A program made the position numbers and the translations under genes. From Phycisphaerae bacterium (GTDB lineage Bacteria > Planctomycetota > Phycisphaerae > UBA1845): a stretch of DNA of 64,000 nt. The DNA is taken from positions 1,568,001 through 1,632,000 of the forward strand of contig CAXXGO010000001.1 of NCBI GenBank assembly GCA_963666835.2, read 5' to 3'. Every line of letters starts with the position of its first letter. Positions within the stretch are counted from its first letter, which is position 1. Below are positions 9,766 through 17,902 of this stretch, piece by piece. Under the pieces are notes generated by a model. That model was not told where the DNA came from. It was given only the letters and a program-made list of their open reading frames with translations, and did no database searches.

Positions 9766-10502
9766 GGCAGCGCCGCAGACTGGATGGAGGACGTTTCCGG
9801 GTCTGGCGAGGGGCTATTCGGTGGGGCATCGGCGCGCGAAGATGCCAGGTAGATTACCGCGATGGTCAGAGCCACCGCCGCCGCGGAATACCCCACATCG
9901 GTCCAGCGGCGGCCGGCGGTCGGTTTAGCCGGGCTCATCCCCAACGTGCCGATTACGCCGGCGGTGTGCAGAGTTCGGAGCAGCCACCACCCGAGCACTC
10001 CGGCCAGCAGAGTCCCGCTGGCGAAGGCAACGAAGGCCAATGTGGTCAGGGCGGTGCTTACCTGCCCTTTCGCATTGAGTGAGGCGGCGCAGGATAGGAC
10101 GAGGACATTACTGGCGGTCCCGGCCCCGCCGGCGAGTATGAACGTCAACACGTGATGACGCCGGGCGAGAAGCAACCACACCAGGTCTACGGTGACGCCC
10201 GCCACCACGCAGTAGGCCATAACGGGCAAGCCGAGGGGACTCCCCGACAGCAGCTCGACCGAGCCCTTAAGTACGCCGGTTATGGTCGCGGCGCCGGGCT
10301 TGCGCACCAGCCCCACGGCCAGCACCAGCCAGAGAACGTGTACGCCCGCCGCCGGTTGCGCGCCTACCGGAATGACGATGACGGAGTGCATCGCGGCGCG
10401 GATATTGCTTACCGCTGCGCCGGACACGCCACCGAGAGCGGCCAGCGCCGCCATGACGAGCAACTCGTGCAAGGAGAAGAACTGACGTGGCGGCTGGCTC
10501 AT
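9762..10502 (-). CDS. ECF transporter S component (YkoE/PF09819-like)
   Basis: About 6-7 TM helices; FSLHELLVMAALAAL and VRKPGAA...ELLSGSPLG pattern; overlaps the ATPase start. Confidence 0.8.
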   Translation of the reverse strand: MSQPPRQFFSLHELLVMAALAALGGVSGAAVSNIRAAMHSVIVIPVGAQPAAGVHVLWLVLAVGLVRKPGAATITGVLKGSVELLSGSPLGLPVMAYCVVAGVTVDLVWLLLARRHHVLTFILAGGAGTASNVLVLSCAASLNAKGQVSTALTTLAFVAFASGTLLAGVLGWWLLRTLHTAGVIGTLGMSPAKPTAGRRWTDVGYSAAAVALTIAVIYLASSRADAPPNSPSPDPETSSIQSAALP

Positions 10503-10517
10503 ACCTTTCGCTCGAGG

Positions 10518-11063
10518 CTATGGCTTTGGCTCAAACGTAATCCGGCTGACGTTTCTAATCCAGTAGTCCCCGGCCTTCTTCGGGGGGATCAACTTGATGG
10601 GACGCTTGGGAGTCTTGTCGGCCAGCCAAACGCCCTCGCCGGTCTGCAGGGCTACGACGGCGTATTCAAGGTCGTCGCGGGTGCACTCTTTCTGGTAACC
10701 GTCCGAAGCTTCGACGATTACGGTCATAGGGCCGGGCTTGATGCCGGCTTCGGCCGTAAGGTGCGCCAGGGCCGGACCGCGCCAGCTTTCGACTCCGTCC
10801 GGACCGTGGGACCTCAACTGCTTGACTTCGTTGAGGTTCACCATCGGCATGCGGGCCATCTCTGCGAAGGTGAAGGACCTGGGGCTGGCAAGTCCCGAGC
10901 CGGCAAGTTCGAGCGTCCAGGTTATCTGAGGGATCTCCATCATTGACTCCGATTGTCCCGCGGTCGTTGAAGCGCCGCCCATCCGAGGCGTTGCGCACCC
11001 AGATAACACCAAAATGCCGATAGATGCAAATCCGATTGCCGGCGTCAGGCCGAACGACTTCAT
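10518..11063 (-). CDS. Lipoprotein with sulfite-oxidase/MsrP-type molybdopterin-binding domain, no obvious Mo-ligating Cys
   Basis: Lipobox LSGC; WTLELAG...FTFAEMARMP...WRGPALAHL...ASDGY...VALQTGE...PIKLIPP...YWIRNVSRI pattern. Confidence 0.75.
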   Translation of the reverse strand: MKSFGLTPAIGFASIGILVLSGCATPRMGGASTTAGQSESMMEIPQITWTLELAGSGLASPRSFTFAEMARMPMVNLNEVKQLRSHGPDGVESWRGPALAHLTAEAGIKPGPMTVIVEASDGYQKECTRDDLEYAVVALQTGEGVWLADKTPKRPIKLIPPKKAGDYWIRNVSRITFEPKP

Positions 11064-11081
11064 ATCATTCCTCTCGTACGG

Positions 11082-12254
11082 TTACTCGATTTCGAGAATC
11101 CGGAGCAAGTTAACGTAGTCCAGCAGGTCTACGTCTCCGTCGTAGTCCAGGTCCATCATCAGGCAGTGCTGAGTCGGGTGTCCGAAGTCGGGCCGGGCCC
11201 ACGCCGGCGGATCGCATCCCTCGCCGGCGGGGTCGCAGAGCGGCCCGGTGAGGCACTCGGCGAACCTGGCCAGGTCGCTTCCACTATCGACCTCTCCGTC
11301 GTTGTTGCCATCGCCGCAGATAGCCAGGTCCGCCGAGCTCAGAGTGATGAGCTGGTAGTAATCGTAGCCCGTGTCCGGGTTTGTGTATTGTTCGAACAGG
11401 CCTGTTACCGCGCAGAAGTGCCGTCCTTTCTCAATGAAAGGGTGGTAATCTTCCCAAGAGTCCTTGTCGGCGTTCATGTAGTCGGCGGCCCAGCAATCAT
11501 CCCCGTCGGGCGTCTGCAGGTTGTAGTTGTCGTTCTCTTTGCCCAGGTTCCATTCGGTGATCGTGACATTCCGCACAGTTAAACGCATCGCCTCGAGTGG
11601 TTCGGGGTCGTGATTCTCCACGTACCACTCGTCACCCGGGTATTGCAGAGGTGCCGGGATGCGCGTAACCGGGCATAGAATCGGTGGCGGCAGCGGGTTA
11701 TTTCGGCTGACGATCGTGCATGTGGGACTATTGATGGGGTACCATTGCAGAAACGTGCCTCCCCGATGCTCTTCCACCTCAATGTCCGTAATCGTCACCC
11801 AATCGCCTACGCGGATATTGTCGTACAAACCGGGTCCGCCCGTCCAGTCCTTGGCCTGGATGCCGCCCCAGGCATCCGGATGGCTGGGGTCCTGCAGCAT
11901 AATCCGGGGACGGTATCCCGGGAACTTGCCGATCACGATACCCCCGGCGAAATCGATCAGCTCTCCGTCGTATACGCTGACGTCGCCGTCGAACGTGTTG
12001 GATTGGAGCTCGTAGATCGTGAGGGGATCGGCTGAGACGGCATTGGCCGCCGGAGCCGGGGCCCACAGGGCGGCGGCGACGATCAATGCCGCTCCGATGG
12101 ACGTGAGGTTGCCTTTCCTCCCCGACTCACCAAGGAAGGGGGAGGGGAGGTTTGTCTCCGTTTGCCCGCCCGCCCCTCTTTCCCTCCTCGGCAAAGGGGG
12201 AAGAGTCCCGACCGATCTGTATCGAAACGGCAGTAGCAGCTTCTTTCCGCGCAT
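11082..12254 (-). CDS. Secreted OB-fold-like unit protein with C-terminal dockerin/EF-hand-like Ca-binding module
   Basis: RBS GAGGT; LTIYELQSNT...QDP...WGGIQ..GDWV...EE.RG.T unit; C-terminal GDGNNDGEVD...DLDYDGDVDLLDY. Confidence 0.75.
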   Translation of the reverse strand: MRGKKLLLPFRYRSVGTLPPLPRRERGAGGQTETNLPSPFLGESGRKGNLTSIGAALIVAAALWAPAPAANAVSADPLTIYELQSNTFDGDVSVYDGELIDFAGGIVIGKFPGYRPRIMLQDPSHPDAWGGIQAKDWTGGPGLYDNIRVGDWVTITDIEVEEHRGGTFLQWYPINSPTCTIVSRNNPLPPPILCPVTRIPAPLQYPGDEWYVENHDPEPLEAMRLTVRNVTITEWNLGKENDNYNLQTPDGDDCWAADYMNADKDSWEDYHPFIEKGRHFCAVTGLFEQYTNPDTGYDYYQLITLSSADLAICGDGNNDGEVDSGSDLARFAECLTGPLCDPAGEGCDPPAWARPDFGHPTQHCLMMDLDYDGDVDLLDYVNLLRILEIE

Positions 12255-12392
12255 TCTTTCGTTTACCTCGTCAGCCCGCCTGTTGCGGGAGATTATGAAG
12301 ATCTTTCAGGGGTCGATGCCGCAAGCTCAAGTTTCCGCATGCCACTGATGTGGCACGGTTACCGATTCGTGAACTTGGTCAATAGATCCATA

Positions 12393-13292
12393 CTACGCGA
12401 CGCTCGTTTGCCGGCGGGTGTACAAGACAGTTCCCGCCGTCAGCAGCAACAGTAGCATCACGATAGCCCCCCACGCTGACACGGTGGGGACGCCGTCGCC
12501 GTGCTCTGCAATATCCGCCGCCGATGCCGTGCAAAGCTGATAGTAGTCCCAGTCGGTATCCGGGTTCTTGTACTGTTCGAGCATGCCGGTCACGCTGGCG
12601 AAGCTCGCCCCGGTGACGATACGCGAGTCGTATTCGTTGGGGGGCTCGAGGTCGGCATTCATGTAGTCCGCCGCCCAGAGCAGGTCGCTGTCCTGGCTCA
12701 GTTCGTAGTTATCCGCGGCTTTGCCAAGCCCCATTTGCGCGACGGTGACGTCGCCGACGGTCACGCGCATGGCCTCATAGGGTTCAGCGTCGTGATTCTC
12801 CACGAACCAGCCGCCCGTCTCGTCGTCGTAAACCGGGGCGGGGATCTGGCTTGCCGTCAGGGCGATCGGCGCGGGCAGGGGGTTCCCCTGGCTGACGACC
12901 GTGAAACCGGGAGTGTACGGGGGCTGCCAGTGCAGCATGGTGTTACCCCGATACTCCTCCACGAGCATGTTGGTCAGGCTAACCCAATCTCCGATCTCGA
13001 CATTGTTGTAGAGTTCGTCGTTTGTCCAGTCTTTGACCTGAATTCCTCCCCAGCCGGTCGCATTCGCCGGATCCTGCAGGGCGATGCGATACCGGTAACC
13101 GGGGAACTTGCCGACGACGATTCCTCCGACGCAGTCGATAGTCTGCGTGTCGTAAACGCTGGCATCGCCGTCGGTGGTGTTGGACTGAAGCTCATAGATC
13201 GTAAGCGGGTCGGCCGATGCCGGGGCGGCGCATGCGGCGATTCCCGTCAGCCCCAACATCCCCCAGGCGATTGATCTGCAGATTCCGGACAT
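12393..13292 (-). CDS. Secreted single-unit OB-fold-like protein with IPTL-CTERM tail
   Basis: ATG 13292 after GGAGAGGAG; same unit as its neighbours; C-terminus GVPTVSAWGAIVMLLLLLTAGTVLYTRR. Confidence 0.8.
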   Translation of the reverse strand: MSGICRSIAWGMLGLTGIAACAAPASADPLTIYELQSNTTDGDASVYDTQTIDCVGGIVVGKFPGYRYRIALQDPANATGWGGIQVKDWTNDELYNNVEIGDWVSLTNMLVEEYRGNTMLHWQPPYTPGFTVVSQGNPLPAPIALTASQIPAPVYDDETGGWFVENHDAEPYEAMRVTVGDVTVAQMGLGKAADNYELSQDSDLLWAADYMNADLEPPNEYDSRIVTGASFASVTGMLEQYKNPDTDWDYYQLCTASAADIAEHGDGVPTVSAWGAIVMLLLLLTAGTVLYTRRQTSVA

Positions 13293-13325
13293 GGTCTCCT
13301 CTCCTTCGCTGTAAAGCACGAAACG

Positions 13326-13373
13326 GCCGACCGATCCATCGCCTCCTTTATTGAAGGCGACGAATCGGTCGGC
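13326..13373. other. Intergenic stem-loop within the operon
   Basis: GCCGACCGAT..TCGCCT-loop-AGGCGA..ATCGGTCGGC, no U-tract; possible mRNA stabiliser or processing site. Confidence 0.5.
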
Positions 13374-13405
13374 ACGCTCGCCTTATCTACTCAAGCCGCT
13401 TAATG

Positions 13406-15622
13406 TCAATCGCAATGCACACGGCGGCCATTCCCGAAGTTCACCTTGGCCGCGGTGATAAGCAGCAGGGCCAGGATAGCCAAGCCCCACTCTGATACGG
13501 TCGGGATAGTCCCCATCGACTCGAGGTCGTCGGCCGACCGTGTACACACCTGGTAGTAGTCCCATCCGGCCGACGATTTCGTGTACTGCTCCACAATGCC
13601 CGTAATCCGGGGAAGCAGCGCGTCGGTGTGAATCCGTGGGTCGTACGGACCCCCGGCGTCGGTGTTCATGTAGTCGGTTGCCCAGGCGATGGTGCCGCTG
13701 CGGGTCACTTCGTAGTTGTCATCGGCCTTGCCCAGGTCCATCTGGCCGACGACGACGTTCTGCAGCGTCACGAGCATACTCTCGTAAGGCTCGGTCAGCC
13801 CGTGGTTAGGGGGGTAAACCAAGTCTGCCGGATCCAGCAGTTTGGGCGCCGGGACGGTGTTCCCGCTGCTCTCCACGGTGAAGCTGACGTTCGGGGAGTA
13901 ACTCGTCCGATACTGCAGGAACGTCGTACCGCGGTACTCTTCCACGAAGATGTTCTCGAAGCTGATCCAATCTCCGACGGACACGTTGTTGGAAAGCGCT
14001 CCGCCTTGGCCGTCTTTGACGACGATGGCGCCCCAGGTCGACTGACCCGGATCGCGCAGGTACACGCGGTCGTTGAATCCCTGCCAAACGTGCGTCACTA
14101 CGCCGCCTACGACGTCGACAATCTGATCCGCGTAGGGTGAATCCCCGTTCGGATCCGTGGTGTACTGGATTTCCGCGATGGACAGCGGTGGCGGCACCGG
14201 CACGATGTCGGCGGCCGAGCGGCTGAGTAGTTGATAGTAGTCCCATCCGGAAGACGTCTTGGTGTATTGCTCGACGACTCCGGTGACGCTCTGCAGCTTG
14301 GCTCCGGGGAAGACCCGCGGGTCGTACGGTGCTCCGGCGTCGACGTTCATGTAGTCACTGCCCCACGCCAGATCACTACCCTGGAACAGCTCGTAGTTGT
14401 CTCCCGCCTTGCCCAGATCGATCTGGCCCACGATGGGGCCGACCAGCTTGACTACCATGCTCTCGTACGGCTCACTCGCCGCGTGATCGACCAGCACCGG
14501 GAGGTCCTCTACGCTCAGCTCGGTTACCTCGGGAACCTCGTTACCGGTGCTCTCGATGGTAAAGCTGACGTTCGGAGAGAAACTCGTTCGATACTGCAGG
14601 AACGTGGTCCCCCGGTACTCCTCCGCCAGGATGTTCTCGAAGCTGACCCAGTCTCCGACGGATACATTGTTGGAAAGCGCTCCGCCCTCGCCGTCTTTCA
14701 CGACGATTGCGCCCCAGGTGGGCTGGGCCGGATCGCGCAGGTACACACGGTCGTTGAACCCGTGCCAGATATGAGTCACCACGCCGCCCACAACGTCGAT
14801 GATCTGATCCGCATAGGGCGAGTCCCCGGCCGGGTCCGTGGTGTACTGGATGTCGTAGATGGACAGCGGCGCCGGTACCGGCACGATGTCGGCGGCCGCA
14901 CGGCTGAGCAACTGGTAGTAATCCCATCCGGAGGACGTGTTGGTGTACTGCTCGACGATTCCGGTGATGCTCTGCAGCTTGGCCCCGGGGAAGATCCGCG
15001 GGTCATACGGAGCTCCGGCGTCGACATTCATGTAGTCACTGCCCCACGCAAGATCACTACCCTGGAACAGCTCGTAGTTGTCCTCGGCCTTACCCAAATC
15101 GATCTGGCCCACGATGGGGCCGACCAGCTTGACGATCATGCTCTCGTACGGCTCACTCGCCGCGTGATCGACCGGCACCGGGAGGTCTTCAACACTGAGC
15201 TCGGTTACTTCGGGAACCTCGTTACCGGTGCTCTCGACGGTAAACGCGACGGCCGGGGCGTTCGCGCGATCGAACTGCAGGAAGGTTGTCCCCTTGCTTT
15301 CTTCGATCAGGATGGCGTCGAAGCTGACCCAGTCGCCGATTTCGACTCCGGCGATCAAATCACCTTCGGAGTCCTTGACGCAGATGGCTCCCCAGGTCGG
15401 TTGGGTGGGATCCTGCAAGTACACCCGGTCTCGAAAGCCCGACCACTTGTGAATCACGACGCCGCCGGTCACGTCGTGGATCTGTCCGTCGTAACTCGAT
15501 GCATCTCCGTCGGTGGTGTTGGATTGGATTTCGTAGATTGACAGCTCTGCCGCTTCCCCGACGCCCGCCCAACTAGCCGCGGCTGCCAGAGCCAAGGCGA
15601 ACATCAGACAGTCCCGTTTCAT
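13406..15622 (-). CDS. Secreted three-unit OB-fold-like protein with IPTL-CTERM tail
   Basis: Signal peptide; three ~227-aa units; C-terminus TIPTVSEWGLAILALLLITAAK...RR. Confidence 0.85.
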   Translation of the reverse strand: MKRDCLMFALALAAAASWAGVGEAAELSIYEIQSNTTDGDASSYDGQIHDVTGGVVIHKWSGFRDRVYLQDPTQPTWGAICVKDSEGDLIAGVEIGDWVSFDAILIEESKGTTFLQFDRANAPAVAFTVESTGNEVPEVTELSVEDLPVPVDHAASEPYESMIVKLVGPIVGQIDLGKAEDNYELFQGSDLAWGSDYMNVDAGAPYDPRIFPGAKLQSITGIVEQYTNTSSGWDYYQLLSRAAADIVPVPAPLSIYDIQYTTDPAGDSPYADQIIDVVGGVVTHIWHGFNDRVYLRDPAQPTWGAIVVKDGEGGALSNNVSVGDWVSFENILAEEYRGTTFLQYRTSFSPNVSFTIESTGNEVPEVTELSVEDLPVLVDHAASEPYESMVVKLVGPIVGQIDLGKAGDNYELFQGSDLAWGSDYMNVDAGAPYDPRVFPGAKLQSVTGVVEQYTKTSSGWDYYQLLSRSAADIVPVPPPLSIAEIQYTTDPNGDSPYADQIVDVVGGVVTHVWQGFNDRVYLRDPGQSTWGAIVVKDGQGGALSNNVSVGDWISFENIFVEEYRGTTFLQYRTSYSPNVSFTVESSGNTVPAPKLLDPADLVYPPNHGLTEPYESMLVTLQNVVVGQMDLGKADDNYEVTRSGTIAWATDYMNTDAGGPYDPRIHTDALLPRITGIVEQYTKSSAGWDYYQVCTRSADDLESMGTIPTVSEWGLAILALLLITAAKVNFGNGRRVHCD
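13870..15240. repeat. Tandem 681-bp intragenic duplication
   Basis: Matching anchors 681 nt apart: AAGCTGACGTTCGG at 13881/14562 and GGGAACCTCGTTACCGG at 14531/15212. Confidence 0.9.
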
Positions 15623-15695
15623 AGCTACCCTCCGTACTCAGCGTGTTTCTCGCGATGGTCGACCGAGCCTACTCGGACGACATACTCGCGTAGGT

Positions 15696-16598
15696 TCATC
15701 TCTTCTTCCGCGTTCGTCGCGTGGCGTCGTCTGCGACCTTGATTTCTTCAGGTGCCGGGTAGGGATACCAGTTGATATCATCCCGCGGCGGAAGTTCCTG
15801 ATCCGCGTCCCATTCATCCTTCCAGACGCGGGTGCGCAATTCCGTGTGGCCGTCGGCATACAAGAGGTTACCCCCAAGCCCGGATTGCCCTTGGCGGTGC
15901 CGGGCGGAGAACGACTTGGGATAACTTCCGCTGTGCTTACCCGCGCCTCGGTAGGTGATCTTCCCGTCAAAACCCTTGCGCGGATCCAGCAACTGATCGA
16001 ACATTACGATGGTTCGCTGTGGGCATGTGATTCTCGCGGAATCCAGAAACGACGGCATCGGGTAGCCCAGGCTATCCGGAGGAGGCCACGCATTCCGATC
16101 CAGCTCCAGACACGAGTTCATCGAGTAGCTGAAGTAGCCGTCCCGCTCCGGGCGATAGCTGTATACCTCGCGTCCGCCAATCGGCACTGCGGAAGGACAC
16201 TGGAAGAACGTGCTGTCGTCCGGACGCTCGAATCGCGGATGGTCTCGCCAAGCGGGCAGATCCAGCATGGGAGGAAGAACGTCCGCCCAGCCGTGCCAAT
16301 CGGCCACGTCTTCTTCGCTGACACGCGGATGGTCCAATGCCCGCGGGCCTCGATCAAGCCCGTCGCAGTGCGGATAATACCCTGCGTTCTCGGCTGCGTA
16401 GCACGTGAACGCGACGCCCCATTGCTTCATGCGAGAAGCACATACCACCTGCTTGGCCTGGGCTCTGGCGGCACTTAGCGACGGCGACAGAATGGCCAAC
16501 AACAGCGCCACAATCGCTATGACCACGAGCAGCTCGATCAGCGAGAAACCTGCCCTTGGGTGCAATTCGGCCTTAAACCGTTGTGTTTTGTGGAGCAT
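15696..16598 (-). CDS. Prepilin-type N-terminal cleavage / H-X9-DG (DUF1559, SBP_bac_10-like) protein
   Basis: GFSLIELLVVIAIVALLLAILSPSLSAARAQAKQVVCAS and RH...GGNLLYADGH. Start is probably ATG 16598 or TTG 16565 rather than 16706. Confidence 0.88.
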   Translation of the reverse strand: MLHKTQRFKAELHPRAGFSLIELLVVIAIVALLLAILSPSLSAARAQAKQVVCASRMKQWGVAFTCYAAENAGYYPHCDGLDRGPRALDHPRVSEEDVADWHGWADVLPPMLDLPAWRDHPRFERPDDSTFFQCPSAVPIGGREVYSYRPERDGYFSYSMNSCLELDRNAWPPPDSLGYPMPSFLDSARITCPQRTIVMFDQLLDPRKGFDGKITYRGAGKHSGSYPKSFSARHRQGQSGLGGNLLYADGHTELRTRVWKDEWDADQELPPRDDINWYPYPAPEEIKVADDATRRTRKKR

Positions 16599-16602
16599 AT
16601 CG
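16579..16602. promoter_or_regulatory. Putative ModE-family operator
   Basis: CGTTGT-GTTTTGTGGAGC-ATATCG: two mismatches to CGTTAT-N12-ATAACG, at the 5' end of the ECF operon. Confidence 0.55.
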
Positions 16603-16780
16603 CGATGCAAAAAAAAAGACAACCACTCGCAAACACCCGCCGCGCCAGGCGATGGACCAACCTGCGTCTTTTTCCTGGCGCAAACGATCCGGGAATAGTG
16701 TATCATAGCGTCCGATAGGGCGGCAATAGGGTTTCTTTGGTTTTTTGGGACCCGCCCAAGCGATTCTCAGGGTCTGCGCC

Positions 16781-17299
16781 GTGGGCATCACGATCGTCTC
16801 AGCCGGCAAGGGTGAAGGTAAGACCACGTTCCTGTGTGAGAGCGCGGCTCGGCTAGCGGCGCTGGGGCGAACGGTGGGTGGGATCGCCTCACCCGCAGTG
16901 TTCGAGGATGACCGCCGGGTCGGGTATGACCTCTTGGACCTGAGGGCGGGCAACCGCAGACGGCTTGCCCAGGTCGCGAAATCCTCGACGGCCACTAATA
17001 CTGTAGGAATGTATCGTCTAGGGGACGCGGCCGTGACCGAGGGGAACATCAGCATCATCTCGGCCGTGCGGGACCGCCTGGACGTCGTCATTCTCGATGA
17101 GGTCGGCCCGCTGGAGTTTCGGGGGGGCGGCTGGGCGCCTGCTTTGGAGGTCGCGCTGCGGGAATGTTCGCCGGGGCAGGAGCTGATTATCGTGGTTCGG
17201 CCGTCGCTTGTGGATGAACTGCCCAAGCGCTTTCCGTCCGACATGTGGGCCTCTGCCGAGCGGATCTCTCCACCCTGGCCTGCCTCGCTGTGGCGGTGA
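16781..17299 (+). CDS. P-loop NTPase (NTPase_1/DUF2478-like)
   Basis: AGKGEGKTT, VGGIASP, RVGYDLLDL, VVILDEVGPLEFRGGGW. Start is uncertain (GTG 16781 or TTG 16745). Confidence 0.82.
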   Translation: MGITIVSAGKGEGKTTFLCESAARLAALGRTVGGIASPAVFEDDRRVGYDLLDLRAGNRRRLAQVAKSSTATNTVGMYRLGDAAVTEGNISIISAVRDRLDVVILDEVGPLEFRGGGWAPALEVALRECSPGQELIIVVRPSLVDELPKRFPSDMWASAERISPPWPASLWR

Positions 17300-17447
17300 C
17301 CAAAGCCGGCTATGCCGTTCTTATTACGCCCCTTCTCATAGAGTGAGCGGGTTCCTTCATTTGACGCTACGGCCTCAAGCCGGGAAGCTGTGGGCGAACA
17401 AGTGCGCTCAAGCCGCGGTGGCTCGAGCCCGGTTCGCGGAGGAGCAA

Positions 17448-17891
17448 GTGACCAGAAACCACCCCGGTCCCCGTAGGCCTCAGACGCATTCCGAAGACGA
17501 GCCCGAAAACAAGGGCTGGGAGGGACGTTTGCGCCTTTGGGTCGCGGTCAATGGGCACAATGCCCTCGGGCCCGGCAAGGTTCGATTGCTCGAAGCGATA
17601 GCCAGGACCAGTTCATTGTCGGCGGCCGCAAAGGACCTGCGGATGAGCTACCGATTGGCGTGGCAGCACCTGCGAGTGATTGAGGAACGAACGGGTTTAA
17701 CGGTCGTGGAGCCCCAGCGCGGCGGCCCGAGCGGGGGCGGCACCGATCTAACGCCGGAGGGTCGGGCGCTGCTCAAGGCGTACGACAGTTTCCGGCGGGA
17801 GGTCGAGGAGTTCATGGACTCGGCCTGCGCCCGACACTTCTCGGCGTGGGCGCCGCCACCGGGCGGAGAGTCCGACTCTGACTCAGAGTAG
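17448..17891 (+). CDS. ModE-family winged-helix regulator (N-terminal domain only, no TOBE domains)
   Basis: GTG after GGAGGAG; LGPGKVRLLEAIARTSSLSAAAKDLRMSYRLAW...QRGGPSGGGTDLTPEG. Confidence 0.9.
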   Translation: MTRNHPGPRRPQTHSEDEPENKGWEGRLRLWVAVNGHNALGPGKVRLLEAIARTSSLSAAAKDLRMSYRLAWQHLRVIEERTGLTVVEPQRGGPSGGGTDLTPEGRALLKAYDSFRREVEEFMDSACARHFSAWAPPPGGESDSDSE

Positions 17892-17902
17892 TAGACGAAG
17901 CG

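Noticed and set aside
16599..16706. Longer N-terminus for the DUF1559 ORF
   Set aside because: Runs through an A9 tract and the divergent promoter region; prepilin leaders are normally short.
17300..17345. Possible third ModE box upstream of the modE-like gene (CTTAT-N13-ATAG)
   Set aside because: Wrong spacing and poor half-sites.
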